From contig CAZHLM010000001.1 in the NCBI GenBank assembly GCA_964533295.1, positions 1,958-65,957 on the forward strand: DNA of 64,000 bases, read 5' to 3'. Source of the DNA: an uncultured Verrucomicrobiota bacterium. Lineage in GTDB: Bacteria > Verrucomicrobiota > Verrucomicrobiia > Palsa-1439. Under the pieces are notes generated by a model. That model was not told the DNA's origin. It searched no databases and worked only from the letters and a program-made list of their open reading frames with translations. The translations under genes were made by a program, and so were the position numbers. Shown here in pieces: positions 37,327 to 48,300 of the stretch (position 1 is its first letter; every line of letters starts with the position of its first letter).

Positions 37327-37713
37327 CGCCTGATTAATACATTGCTTCCACTGTCGGCAAGGAGTTGTCTGGATTTGCCCTGGAAAAAGCACGAAGTCAG
37401 TACAGGAAAACTTTAAGACGGGCCTATTGCCTGGGCTTCCGAACTTTGCTAGACTCCACCACAATCAAATAAAGCACATATGTGGCGTCCTTCACAAGGG
37501 AGCCGCCATATATTGGAGGTGGAGCCTAGAAAATATAAGCCAAACATATGCTCGAATTTCGCCGAAGCGCGTGGAATCCGTGCCGGTAGAGTGTAGTGGG
37601 GCGGTAACGAACGACAGGAGTCCCTTTGACTACAAACGGGTGCATTGCATGAAGTCCACAGTGGACCAGAGACCCGGTTAGGTCAAGTTCGACCAGTCCA
37701 GTCGCATCTAAAA

Positions 37714-37762
37714 CAAGGCCGACCCGCCCCATTGGGGGTGGAGTCGGCCTTGTTCATTATTT
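37714..37762 (+). terminator. Rho-independent terminator (bidirectional character)
   Basis: Stem caaggccgac / gtcggccttg with structured loop ccgccccattgggggtgga, followed by ttcattattt and preceded by aaaaca. Confidence 0.45.
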
Positions 37763-37976
37763 AGGAAGGAGGTGATGCATATGATCGTGCGTGGGCCGCC
37801 ACAAAACCAACGGTGAATGAGGGCTCCTGCAAAGCTACTCATCCACCGCTGGGTCGCCGGAAAGAATCCAGCTCTTTGGGTCCGCTCGAATTACCCTGAG
37901 CGGACATCCTGTAGGCCGGTGACTATACCCAGTCACCTGGCATTCGTCAACTCAGCTAGGAGAAGCTGGGGGGACA

Positions 37977-38221
37977 TGGAGTCAGAAATGGCCAAGAAGA
38001 ATCAACACGTTGTCCCCCGTCCTGACGGTTGGGCGGTACGCGGCGAGGGCAATACCAAGGACACGGTCAAGACCGAAACCAAGCAGGAGGCTATCGACGC
38101 GGCTCGCGAGATCGCCAAGAACAATGGCGTCGAGGTGGTCATCCACGGTAAGGATGGCAAGATTCAGGACAAGGACAGCTACGGGCGCGATCCGAACCCG
38201 CCCAAGGATCGCAAACCGTGA
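37977..38221 (+). CDS. DUF2188-family small protein
   Basis: MESEMAKKNQHVVPRPDGWAVRGEGNTKDTVKTETKQEAIDAAREIAKNNGVEVVIHGKDGKIQDKDSYGRDPNPPKD matches the DUF2188 pattern (W.V...QeAI..A..iA...g.E..IH...G.I...dSyG.DP.PP.D). Confidence 0.55.
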
Positions 38222-38325
38222 CCCATGCTTGACCAATGAACCGTTCTACAGCCCTGACCCAAGCAGCCGAGTCGGGGCTGTAGACGAAGTCTATCCACCC
38301 GCTACCACTCGGAAGGGTAACAACA

Positions 38326-38627
38326 TGACTGCTTATCGTATTGTCTGCACCGTCCAGGAGCCGGTTACACAACCTACCACTCATGCGCACATCGTGGCCG
38401 TGGGAACCGGAACGAACCCGCAAACCTACTCGCAGCGCTGGACCCTGGCGCAAGTCATCGCGGCCATGGACAGGGGCGATACCTTCTACACCCAAGGCGT
38501 CACGAGTGGGAAGACGGCCAGGGTCGAGAAGTACACATGCCCGAAGTGCCGCGGCACGCACATCAGGTCAGCGAGTGACGCGGTACAAGACAACAACCTG
38601 GACAATCTCCCCCGGTGCGGCTCCTAG
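38326..38627 (+). CDS. DUF3892-family small protein
   Basis: MTAYRIVCT...HIVAVGTG...WTLAQVIAAMDRGDTFYTQG...NNLDNLPRCGS. Confidence 0.55.
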
Positions 38628-38982
38628 CGAGCGTACTTTGGGCCGCCGACTCTGAATCGGCGGCACAAAGTCATAGCATTGAGTAGCGCCAAACAACTGT
38701 GGCTCCAACGAACCATCCACCGATTTGCTTGCATTCCCGTTACTCCCGTCTAGAATCCAAGCACATGGCTACTCGACTCTCTCTCGTCAACAACGCCCAG
38801 GCAATTGGCCAATGGGACATCAAGCAAAATCGGGCCCGGCGCCGGGAACCTACATGCTGGATCTATATCGCTCTCGGTGCTAGCCAGTTTCAGGGGCCGT
38901 TGGACGTAGCCGACACGGGGCTCGGATTTCCGAGGAGTGAGATAGCCTATTGAGATCCGTATCTCCAGGGGACCTAACCTCA

Positions 38983-41900
38983 ATGTCACAAGACCAACAC
39001 AATCCGAAGCCAGCGACGTGCCGGACAATCTTGCTAACCGATGATCCGGCTGCTAATGACAATTTTGGTGGTGCACACCAGCGTCTGGCTGATGCTTTGA
39101 CAGAGCTAGTTTGGAATGAACCAGGCGGCCGAACAATAGGCCTTGAGGGAGACTGGGGCTCTGGCAAATCGACTGTCGTCAAGCTGCTGCAACGAAAAGC
39201 GGAGGAAACCCGTTCGACTGATTGCTCAGTTGTTATCTTCGACGCTTGGGCTCATCAAGGAGATCCGCTCCGCCGAACTTTCCTGGAACATTTGATGATC
39301 CACTTCCAGGCATTGAAATGGCTCAATCCAAAGCTGTGGACGACGAGGCGAGAGGAACTAGCTCGACGACGCAGGGTCATCGAAAGGACCACTACGCCCC
39401 GCCTTGGACGGTTTGGGAAAATACTTGCACTAACACTGGCGCTGACACCTGCGGGATTGGCGCTGCTTGAAGCTGGGTTACTGCAAGGCGTCTCGTTTGC
39501 ACTGTTTAGCAGCTTACCACCCAACATTCTTTTTATTGTGGGTCTTGTTTTGTGTCTCCTGCCATTTGTCCTGTTGATCGCTAATTTTCGCAACCCGGAA
39601 GGCTGGTCGCTTCTTGTTCAGAAGGAAGAGCTAGACGCCACAACTGAAGTTGTCGAGACACCTGAGCCGACTTCGGTCGAATTTGCCACCTCGTTTCATC
39701 AGCTATTCGACGAAGCTCTCGAACCAATCTCGCGCCGAGTCTTGATTGTCCTGGACAATCTGGATAGGGTTCCCGTGGGCGATGCAAGCTCCATGCTCTC
39801 AACACTGCAAACGTTTCTAGAGTATGGCCAATACGCTCAAGTCAATTGGTTGAGCAGAGTATGGGTTCTGATTCCCTATGATCGGGATGGGCTGGCCCGA
39901 CTGTGGTCAACAGCAGTTAATAAAGCGGCTGCCGGTGATATGACATCAGAACCATCCGAGGCAGTGTCGGACGCCTTTTTCGCGAAACGATTCCAGATAC
40001 TGTTTCACGTTTCGCCCCTGATTCGCTCGGATTGGCACGGATATTTCTTGCGACTACTACGTGAGGCATTTCCAGATCATGACGAGACGGATTTTCATGC
40101 AGTTTATAGGATTTTTGATACGCTTCGCGACATCAGCGACGAATCACCCACACCACGCAACATTAAAGCGTTTGTGAATCAAATCGGCGCAATTCACCGA
40201 CAATGGGGGGACACCTTTCCGCTCTCTCACATAGCCTATTTCGTGATTACGCCCAATGGCCGGTCAGCCGCCTTTGCTGAGGGTCTTCGAAATGGGCAAC
40301 ACCCAGACCAACGCGTGGCCGGCTTGCTAGGCGAGAATGCTCGTGACAACCTGGCGGCCATGATGTTTAACGTTGAGGTCCAACTGGCTCGTCAACTACT
40401 CCTCCGTGATCCCGTTTTAGCCGCACTAAGCGAGGGCAATGCCGAAGCACTCTCCGAACTTGCCAAGAACAATGCTACCGGCTTCTGGGAGGTTCTAGAA
40501 AAAACACCATTTCTGATGTGGGCAGATGGGCAGGAGAAGTCCATCGCCTGTGCTGCTACTGCATTGAGTAAATCCGGCCTCCTTAGCACTGCATCACCAT
40601 ACTTTTCGCGCCAGGTGCGCCATGATATTTGTCAAGCCACGTTGAGAGTGAAACGATGGCCCATAGAGGATGCTCAAGTTGCGACAGGAGTCGCAGATCT
40701 ATTGTCAATCAGCGATGGTAACCGTGGAGTTGCACCACGGATCTTGATTGCTATAAGCGAAGCAGTGCCCTCAGGAGGCCGACTCGAAGGATCTACCCTA
40801 TCAATGTGGACTGCTGGCTTACTGACAGTGCTGCAAGGCTATAAAGAGCATGGGCTCAACAGCCTCTTCGAGAGTAGCGGTGTCCCAGTTCATGCCAAGG
40901 CAGAAGGTTTCCTAGATGCCTGCATTCACATGGCGAGGCAAGACCCGGATGGAGTCTACTGGTCCACACTTCGCCCTAGAGTGGAATTGCCCGAGCTTGA
41001 CACGGTTGTCAACGGATGGGTGATCAACGGTAGCTTTGGCCAGGATCAATTGCGTGCTATCCGTGTTGTGAGGGCTGCGATACCAAACTGGGATTGGCAA
41101 AATTTCATTGCGAACGTTTCGGCGCGACTTAATGCGACCAACAATCTGCCGCCAACAGAAACGGTATCTCTACTGGAGGCGCTTTGGATCCTCAGAAGCT
41201 CAGATCCACGAGCAGATGCAACCATGCGTAAATTGGCGCAACAAGAGGGCCATATCGCTCATCAACTGTGGTTCGCTCAGCAGAGTAATCATGAGGAAGG
41301 CGTGGCATGGTGCAGCCTTGTACTGCTCTACTGTGATCCAGCCATAGCGAGCGCGGTGGATAGTGGCAATTCAAGTGTAGGCCGAAGTTATCTTTCGCAA
41401 CGTCTGACACAGTCTGATACCCAGCAAGCGGATTTTGTGAGAAGCACGGCAGACATCTTGCGCAGAGTCAACCAACTAGACCTGGTGGCTCAGGTGCTAG
41501 AAGCCAACCGCTCGGCACACAATTGGGTAGTGGGAATCATTCGCTATCTGCGACCACTCGGCGAGGTGTCAAGGATCCTTCAACCCTCAGTGATATGTCA
41601 GCATTGGATCATACTCCGACAACTTCTCGGGGAAGACTACTTATCTATTCTTGAGGAATTACTGGTCCAAACGGACCTAGTCCAAGTGATATGCACGCGC
41701 GATTTTGAGGCGCAAGACGCTGGCTTGTACCTCGATCTTGCTGGCGCCGGTGCATTGCACAATTCGAATTTTGCGAAGTGGTCGATTGGTGGCCTTAGAA
41801 AATTAGAGGAGGCTAATTGGGTAGCTGCATGTGAAGCAGAGTCTGATTTGTTGAACTTTGTTGTCGCTCTCAGGAAAGCTGAGTTTGATATAGGCTTAGG

Positions 41901-42414
41901 GCAACCGTTTGCTGATGCTCTGCACGCCCATGCTAAGCGACTAGCCACTGGCTCGATTACTCTTTCGAAACTACAGGGTGAGTGGGACCACGTGGTTGGG
42001 GCTCTTAGTGATCAAACTCGACGCGTTTTTCGGCGCAGTCTATACTATGTTGCCGAAGACACCGACGGCCAATTGTCAAGCCAATTCTTGGATCTCTATG
42101 GAGGCGAACTCGCTGATAAGGAGATTCTTCAGGAGGAAAACCGCTTTGTTATTCAGCTACTGGTCCCCATTCTGAAGACTCGCAACGCGAGGGGATTGCG
42201 GTGGACTGCGGAACTTGTCGAGAAACATCCGGACATTCTTTCTACCCAGCCGATGGATATTGTCGCTGACTTTCGGCAACGTATCGGCTCTATGCTGCAA
42301 GGAGAAGAAGCTGAAGAAGTAAAAACTTTGGTCAGCCGATTGGCCACAGCGCTGAATATCAAGATCGACAGCGGCTACCAAAGGACGGAGGACGAAGCCG
42401 AAAGCACCGTTTGA
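38983..42414 (+). CDS. KAP-family P-loop NTPase (1143 aa) with internal TM hairpin
   Basis: Walker A GLEGDWGSGKSTVVKLL, FDAWAHQGDPLRRTFLEHLMIHF (KAP signature), TM insertion LALTLALTPAGLALL...LFIVGLVLCLLPFVLL, Walker B VLIVLDNLDR. GC ~48-50%, well below the window average. Confidence 0.75.
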   Translation: MSQDQHNPKPATCRTILLTDDPAANDNFGGAHQRLADALTELVWNEPGGRTIGLEGDWGSGKSTVVKLLQRKAEETRSTDCSVVIFDAWAHQGDPLRRTFLEHLMIHFQALKWLNPKLWTTRREELARRRRVIERTTTPRLGRFGKILALTLALTPAGLALLEAGLLQGVSFALFSSLPPNILFIVGLVLCLLPFVLLIANFRNPEGWSLLVQKEELDATTEVVETPEPTSVEFATSFHQLFDEALEPISRRVLIVLDNLDRVPVGDASSMLSTLQTFLEYGQYAQVNWLSRVWVLIPYDRDGLARLWSTAVNKAAAGDMTSEPSEAVSDAFFAKRFQILFHVSPLIRSDWHGYFLRLLREAFPDHDETDFHAVYRIFDTLRDISDESPTPRNIKAFVNQIGAIHRQWGDTFPLSHIAYFVITPNGRSAAFAEGLRNGQHPDQRVAGLLGENARDNLAAMMFNVEVQLARQLLLRDPVLAALSEGNAEALSELAKNNATGFWEVLEKTPFLMWADGQEKSIACAATALSKSGLLSTASPYFSRQVRHDICQATLRVKRWPIEDAQVATGVADLLSISDGNRGVAPRILIAISEAVPSGGRLEGSTLSMWTAGLLTVLQGYKEHGLNSLFESSGVPVHAKAEGFLDACIHMARQDPDGVYWSTLRPRVELPELDTVVNGWVINGSFGQDQLRAIRVVRAAIPNWDWQNFIANVSARLNATNNLPPTETVSLLEALWILRSSDPRADATMRKLAQQEGHIAHQLWFAQQSNHEEGVAWCSLVLLYCDPAIASAVDSGNSSVGRSYLSQRLTQSDTQQADFVRSTADILRRVNQLDLVAQVLEANRSAHNWVVGIIRYLRPLGEVSRILQPSVICQHWIILRQLLGEDYLSILEELLVQTDLVQVICTRDFEAQDAGLYLDLAGAGALHNSNFAKWSIGGLRKLEEANWVAACEAESDLLNFVVALRKAEFDIGLGQPFADALHAHAKRLATGSITLSKLQGEWDHVVGALSDQTRRVFRRSLYYVAEDTDGQLSSQFLDLYGGELADKEILQEENRFVIQLLVPILKTRNARGLRWTAELVEKHPDILSTQPMDIVADFRQRIGSMLQGEEAEEVKTLVSRLATALNIKIDSGYQRTEDEAESTV

Positions 42415-42485
42415 TAACGGCAATCATTACATTGATTGTACTCATGGTTTGTGCTCTTTACTCGTCTTATCCAGAATGACTGGTC

Positions 42486-44051
42486 ATGGCTACCCAACTT
42501 CCTCTTGTCCCCAACTCCCAGGCGAATGGCCGGCTCGACATCAAGCAGCTTGAGTCCTGGCTGTGGGACGCCGCCTGCTCCATCCGCGGCGCCCTGGACG
42601 CGCCCAAGTTCAAGGACTACATCCTGCCCCTGATCTTCGTCAAGCGCCTCTCGGACGTCTTTGACGACGAGATCGCGCGCCTAATGGAGGAGTTCGGCAG
42701 CGAGAAGACGGCGCGCTCGCTTGTGAAGAAGGACCACTCCCTGGTCCGCTTCTACATTCCCCCCGCCGGCACCTGGGCCGCCATCCGCCAGTCCGCCACC
42801 GGCGTGGGCCAGCGGGTCACCGACGCCCTGCGCGCCATCACCCGCGAGAACCCGTCGCTCCAGGGTGTGATCGACATCGTGGACTTCAACGCCACGGTCA
42901 GCGGCCAGCGCATCCTGGACGACGGCAAGCTGTGGTCCCTGATCGAGATTATCAGCCGGCACCGGCTGGGCCTGAACGACGCCGAGCCCGACATCCTGGG
43001 CCGGGCCTACGAGTACCTGCTGCGCAAGTTCGCGGAGGGCCAGGGCCAGAGCGCGGGTGAGTTCTACACCCCGGAGGGCGCCGGCTGGCTGGTGGCGCGT
43101 CTTCTCAACCCTAAGCCAGGCCAAGTCGTGGACGACCCAACATGTGGGTCGGCGGGCCTCCTGGTGAAGGCTCAATTGGTGGCGCGCGAACACGATGGGC
43201 ACGACGCCCAGCCGCTCCGGCTGTACGGCCAGGAGCTGAACCACGTCACCTACGCCATCGCCAAGATGAACATGATCATCCACGACATGGAGGGGGAGAT
43301 CGTCATCGGCGATACGCTGCGCAGCCCGAAGCTGCTGGAGGGCAGCCGGCTCAAGCGCTTCGACCTGGTGGCCGCCAATCCGATGTGGAACCAGGACGGC
43401 TATGGCACGGCCTTCTACGAGAACGATCCCTTCGAGCGCTTCACGCACGTGCCGCCGGCCAGCTCCGCCGACTGGGGCTGGGTCCAGCACATGGCGGCCT
43501 CGCTCAATGACGCCGGCCGGGCCGCCATTATCCTGGACACCGGCGCGGTCTCGCGCGGTAGCGGCGGCCAGAGTGGCAACAAGGAGAAGGACGCGCGCCG
43601 GGCCCTGGCCCAGCGCGATTGGATCGAAGGCGTGGTGCTGCTGCCCGAGAACCTGTTCTACAACACGACCGCGCCGGGCATCATCCTGGTGCTCAACAAG
43701 GCCAAACCGGCCAGACGGCGCGGCCAGATCATGCTCATCAACGCGTCGCGGGAGTTCGAGAAGGGCCGGCCTAAAAATTTCATTCCGGAGGCCGGCATCC
43801 GCAAGATCGCGGACGCCTACCATGCCTGGAAGCCGGCCGAGAAGTTCGCACGTATCATCACTTTGGCCGAGGCCGAGCAGAACGACTGGAACCTGAGCCC
43901 GTCGCGCTACGTGGACACGGGTGAGGCCGAGCAGCACCGCGACGTGCAGGGCATCATCGACGATCTGGCGACTCTGGAAGTCGAGGCTGCCGCGCTGGAT
44001 ACCGAACTGAACGGGATTTTGAAGGGACTGGGTTATCAGCCCTATGCCTAG
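42486..44051 (+). CDS. hsdM: Type I restriction-modification system methyltransferase subunit
   Basis: HsdM N-domain (WDAACSIRG...KDYILPLIFVKRLSDVFDDE). Motif I region PTCGSAGLL. Motif IV ANPMWN (NPPF/W-type). Confidence 0.85.
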   Translation: MATQLPLVPNSQANGRLDIKQLESWLWDAACSIRGALDAPKFKDYILPLIFVKRLSDVFDDEIARLMEEFGSEKTARSLVKKDHSLVRFYIPPAGTWAAIRQSATGVGQRVTDALRAITRENPSLQGVIDIVDFNATVSGQRILDDGKLWSLIEIISRHRLGLNDAEPDILGRAYEYLLRKFAEGQGQSAGEFYTPEGAGWLVARLLNPKPGQVVDDPTCGSAGLLVKAQLVAREHDGHDAQPLRLYGQELNHVTYAIAKMNMIIHDMEGEIVIGDTLRSPKLLEGSRLKRFDLVAANPMWNQDGYGTAFYENDPFERFTHVPPASSADWGWVQHMAASLNDAGRAAIILDTGAVSRGSGGQSGNKEKDARRALAQRDWIEGVVLLPENLFYNTTAPGIILVLNKAKPARRRGQIMLINASREFEKGRPKNFIPEAGIRKIADAYHAWKPAEKFARIITLAEAEQNDWNLSPSRYVDTGEAEQHRDVQGIIDDLATLEVEAAALDTELNGILKGLGYQPYA

Positions 44052-45363
44052 GCCAAAGAAGGTGCAACAGCCTGCAAAGGATGTACCTTCAGATGCTTCC
44101 GCGGTAGCGATAGCGCAGTTTCCTGTTGAGTGGCCTCTGTCCACTCTCGGTGAGCTGTTCGAAATTCAACAGGGCAAGGCCTTGTCGCCAGAAAGCCGAA
44201 ATGGCAAGGCATCCAGGCCCTTCTTGCGGACCGCGAACGTCTTCTGGGGAAAACTGGATCTGACAACAGTTGACCAAATGGACTTTACGGACCAGGAGGC
44301 AGCACGCCTCAATCTACAAGCTGGTGATCTTCTGGTCTGTGAGGGTGGCGATATTGGCCGTACTGCCCTGTGGCATGGGGAGATCGAGGGTTGCAGTTAT
44401 CAGAACCACATCCATCGATTGCGTTCAAAACGAGAATACATTCAGCCGTCGTTCTACATGTACTGGATGCAGGCGGCTATGCAACTCTTCCGGCTATATG
44501 AAGGAACGGCTAACCGGACGACCATTCCCAATCTTTCCAAGGCACGCCTGAGCGCTTTTCAAGTACCGGTTCCGCCCCTCCGCGAGCAGCGCGCCATCGC
44601 CCACGTGCTCTCCCGGATTCAGGCCGCCGCCCAGACCCAGGCCGCCATCGCGGAGCGGGCGCGCGAATTGAAGCGCGCGCTCATGGCCAGGCTCTTCACG
44701 GAGGGCCTGCGCGGCGAGCCGTTGAAGGAGACTGAGATCGGGCCGATGCCGGAGAGTTGGGAGATTGCCGAGTTGGGTCAACTCGCCGACATCGTCTATG
44801 GTGCTCAGGCCGCTGTGGCCCATGCAACCGACCCATCCATCGGCACGCCAATCTTTACGAATGTGAATATCACGAATGATGGCCAGTTGGACTTGCAGCT
44901 CCTTCGATTCTATAAGATTCCGAAGGACAGGAGAGACAGATTGATCCTTCAAAAGGGCGACATCTTGTTCAACTGGCGGAGCGGCAGCCAGGACCATGTG
45001 GGCAAAACGGCCCTCTTCGATCTCGACGGTGAATACACCTTCTCGTCGTTCATTCTTCGATTCAGAAAGTTTGGACCAGTAAGCAACGATTTCTTGTATC
45101 GTCAACTTCAACATTTGAAGTCGCAAGGCTTCTTTGCGCGCAATCGCCAACAATCGTCAGTGAACTCAGTGTTCAATTCGAGCGTCGCCGCGAAAATCCC
45201 GATTGCCGTTCCATCAGATATGGAGCAGCGTGAGATCACTCGTGCTCTTCAAGCTATAGACGCCAAAATCATCTCTGCGGACCGCAAACAGGGACGGCTG
45301 GAGGAGTTGTTCCGGGCCATGCTGGGGCAGTTGATGACGGGTAGAATAAGGGCTAGGGAGTAA
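44044..45363 (+). CDS. hsdS: Type I restriction-modification system specificity subunit (two TRDs)
   Basis: Overlaps the hsdM end. Conserved central repeat PPLREQRAIAHVLSRIQAAAQTQAAIAERARELKRALMARLFTEG and distal repeat QREITRALQAIDAKIISADRKQGRLEELFRAMLGQLMTG. GC ~55%. Confidence 0.8.
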   Translation: MPRPKKVQQPAKDVPSDASAVAIAQFPVEWPLSTLGELFEIQQGKALSPESRNGKASRPFLRTANVFWGKLDLTTVDQMDFTDQEAARLNLQAGDLLVCEGGDIGRTALWHGEIEGCSYQNHIHRLRSKREYIQPSFYMYWMQAAMQLFRLYEGTANRTTIPNLSKARLSAFQVPVPPLREQRAIAHVLSRIQAAAQTQAAIAERARELKRALMARLFTEGLRGEPLKETEIGPMPESWEIAELGQLADIVYGAQAAVAHATDPSIGTPIFTNVNITNDGQLDLQLLRFYKIPKDRRDRLILQKGDILFNWRSGSQDHVGKTALFDLDGEYTFSSFILRFRKFGPVSNDFLYRQLQHLKSQGFFARNRQQSSVNSVFNSSVAAKIPIAVPSDMEQREITRALQAIDAKIISADRKQGRLEELFRAMLGQLMTGRIRARE

Positions 45364-45368
45364 CTTTT

Positions 45369-48300
45369 GTGACGACGCCCACCCCCCGCGAGATGTTCGA
45401 AGCGCCTGACTTGACATTTTTTCAGAGTGCAAAGTTCGAACGCCAGCGATTTGAGCGCAAAGAAGCGCCCACAATGGAACAGGCCCGCCTGGACAAGCCC
45501 GCGAATCCAGCCGGAGCCTTCAAGCACAAACTCCAGGCACTGCGCGAAGACCTTCAACGTGTGCTGTGCAGCTTTGCCATCACAAACCCGGATGGCGGGT
45601 TATTTGTGCTAGGAATAGACAATGATGGGGCTGTGCGTGGCCTCAACCATCTCAAAGACAATGAACTTGCCCTGCTTGTCAATGCTCACGAGTGGTTAGA
45701 GCATGTTTCCGTACAAGCCCGTCAGCACGAATGCCTAGACGCCCAAGGCCAACCCAATTTCATCTACTTGTTCTATGTGCCCGGGACCAGGTTTGCCTGC
45801 TCGCCCATGGGTCAAGTTTGGTGGCGCAATGGCGAGCACACTAGGGAATTGACTTCGGATGAAATCTGGCAACTCAAGGCTGATCGCCAAATCGTTGAGT
45901 TCGAAGTTCAATTGTTCGGGGTCTATAGTCCTGATGAGTTGGACAAAGAGGTATCTCAACGCTTCCATGCAGCCATCATCGAACAAAAGCGGCTGCCAAT
46001 AGATACCAGCATGGAGAGTGTCCTCGCGGGCGAGGGGGTCATCGTTCATCAAAGCGGGCAATATTATTGGACTCGCGCCGGCTACCTGTTCCTTTCTCTT
46101 AACCCGCGTCGGCGTATTCCTGGAGCATATGTGCGCGCGCTGAAATTCGAAGAGCGCCGTGCGACGGCTGATCAACGATTCAACCCCTCGTATGATCAAG
46201 ACTTCGACGGACCGTTGCCGCGCCAAATCGACAAACTGCGCGCGTTCTTCAAGCAAGGGGCCTATTTCCGCACGTTCACGTACCGTGCCCAGGGGGCATT
46301 GGTCGACGAGTTGGAATTGCCGTCAGAAGCGGTCGATGAGGCTCTGGTGAATGCCATTGTGCATCGGAGCTATGCCATACTCAATCAACCCATACTTATC
46401 AAGAAGTACGCGGATCAGTTGGTCGTAGATAGCCCTGGACGCTTCGTCCAGAATCTCGGCAAACTGGAGTTTGGCGTATCGGAGGTGCCAGCTGGCCGTA
46501 GCGAACCACGCAATCCAATTCTGATGGGGTGGTTTCGTCTTTTGACCGATGACCGCGGTGAAAAATACGTCAAGCAATTTAGGGAAGGCACCCGGACCAT
46601 TGCTCGCTCGATGCAATTGGCTGGCAAACCAGAGCCAATATATCGAACTAATGGGCAGGTTAGCCTCACATTAGAAAACAGTCTGACAGAGTTGGAAACT
46701 CGCACTGCAGCTGCTGAAATCCCAAGCCAGGAGCGCTTTACCAATCTGTTTCCAATAGCGCTTCTGCGGCAGGGCTTTCCCTTTTCGCCTGCCCGAGGTG
46801 ATTTATTCGATCTATCGCGCCGTATTACTACTGCCCTCCGCGATGCGCTGCAAAACCTGGGCTGGTTTATCGACTCCGATTACCGAGGCGAGTTAGTCGC
46901 ACATCGACGGCAATCCGAATTTGACCTTCCCGCAATTGCGAAGTATATGCGCCTATATCCGGCCTATCGCTTTGACGTACGAGACTATGGCGGGACGCTA
47001 TTTCTCTGTATTGATTATGCTGTGCGAGAACGCAATGTCCGAACCCTGGCGGAGGTCTTGCGCGATCTACCAAGGGAAGAGCTGCTCAACCGGCGGGCTA
47101 CTTACCGGCAGAACCAGAGCTGGCAGACTGGCCTGTGTTTCATTCGGTCGATTGATGACGAGTACTCCGACTTGGAGCTAAGTGAAAGCCGCCAGACGAT
47201 TACCGTCGCGAATACTGATGTGCTGCCGGATTTGTCTGTTGAAAAGCTGGTGCGCATCCTGCGCAAACATGATGTGCGCTTTGACCTACACCGTGAGATC
47301 AAGCAGCGTGCATTGGCGTTAATGGTGGGTGCAGCCCGAGAGCGCGCTGAGAAATCCTTGCAAACGGCAGCAAATCTGGCGAACCAGATGTTTCCATTGA
47401 GCTGGAACGGCATTCGCGCGTTGCTCAACCCAAGCCCAGCTCGCCTTGAAGCGCCGGTATTCGATGTGCGGGAAAATCTAGAGGAGCCTGAAGTGGAGTT
47501 TGCCCAACGACGTCAGACCGATGACATCGTCGATGGTTTGACTCGCTACGGTGCATTTCGGCCCGTGCGCGACACAATCAACTTGGTATTGGTCTGCACT
47601 TCCAGGGTATCTCAGCGCATGGAGAGTCTTGTTGGGCAACTCCAGCGCGGTAGTCGAAAGTACCGAGGCGCTAGCCAAACGTTTGCGGCTCAATTCGAAA
47701 TTGGCCCACGCGTCGTCGTCCCGCGTCCGGAAGACTATCTGGGCGCCTGTCGATCCGTAATTGGCCAACTAGACCGGGGAAAACATTGGTTGTTCCTGGT
47801 ATATGCGCCGGAGAACTTGTATTCGCGCGCCGAGTATCAGGCGCCCTACTATCGCGTCAAACGCTTTCTCTTGGAAGAAGGCTTCCCTTCGCAGATGGTC
47901 GATGACCCTACTTTGCAGGACCCGAATTGGAAAGACCTAAATCTGGCACTCAATATCGTTGCCAAATGCGGATTTGAGCCCTGGGTGCTGACAAAGCCGT
48001 TAGCAGAGGCTGATTGCTTCATCGGCTTGTCATTCTCGCGCATTCCTACAAAGAAAGGGGTGAAGCGATTCTTTGGCTACGCTAATGTCTTCAACAACTT
48101 GGGACAATGGAAATTCTACAAGGGAAGTTCTCAAGCATCGACTTTAGACAATCGCGAAGCTGACACCGCTGGACTGGTTCGGCAAACCCTGGAAGAGTTC
48201 CAGCGTACGGTGTCGGTCCAACACCTACACATTCACTGGTCAGAAAAGTTTAGCCGCCAGATGCGGCAGGTTGTTGCCCAAGCTGCCCAAGAGGTTCAAC

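Noticed and set aside
37590-37715. tmRNA candidate
   Set aside because: No tRNA-like 3' end (GGTTCGAATCC-type T-arm) and no tag-peptide ORF ending in ALAA-stop were found.
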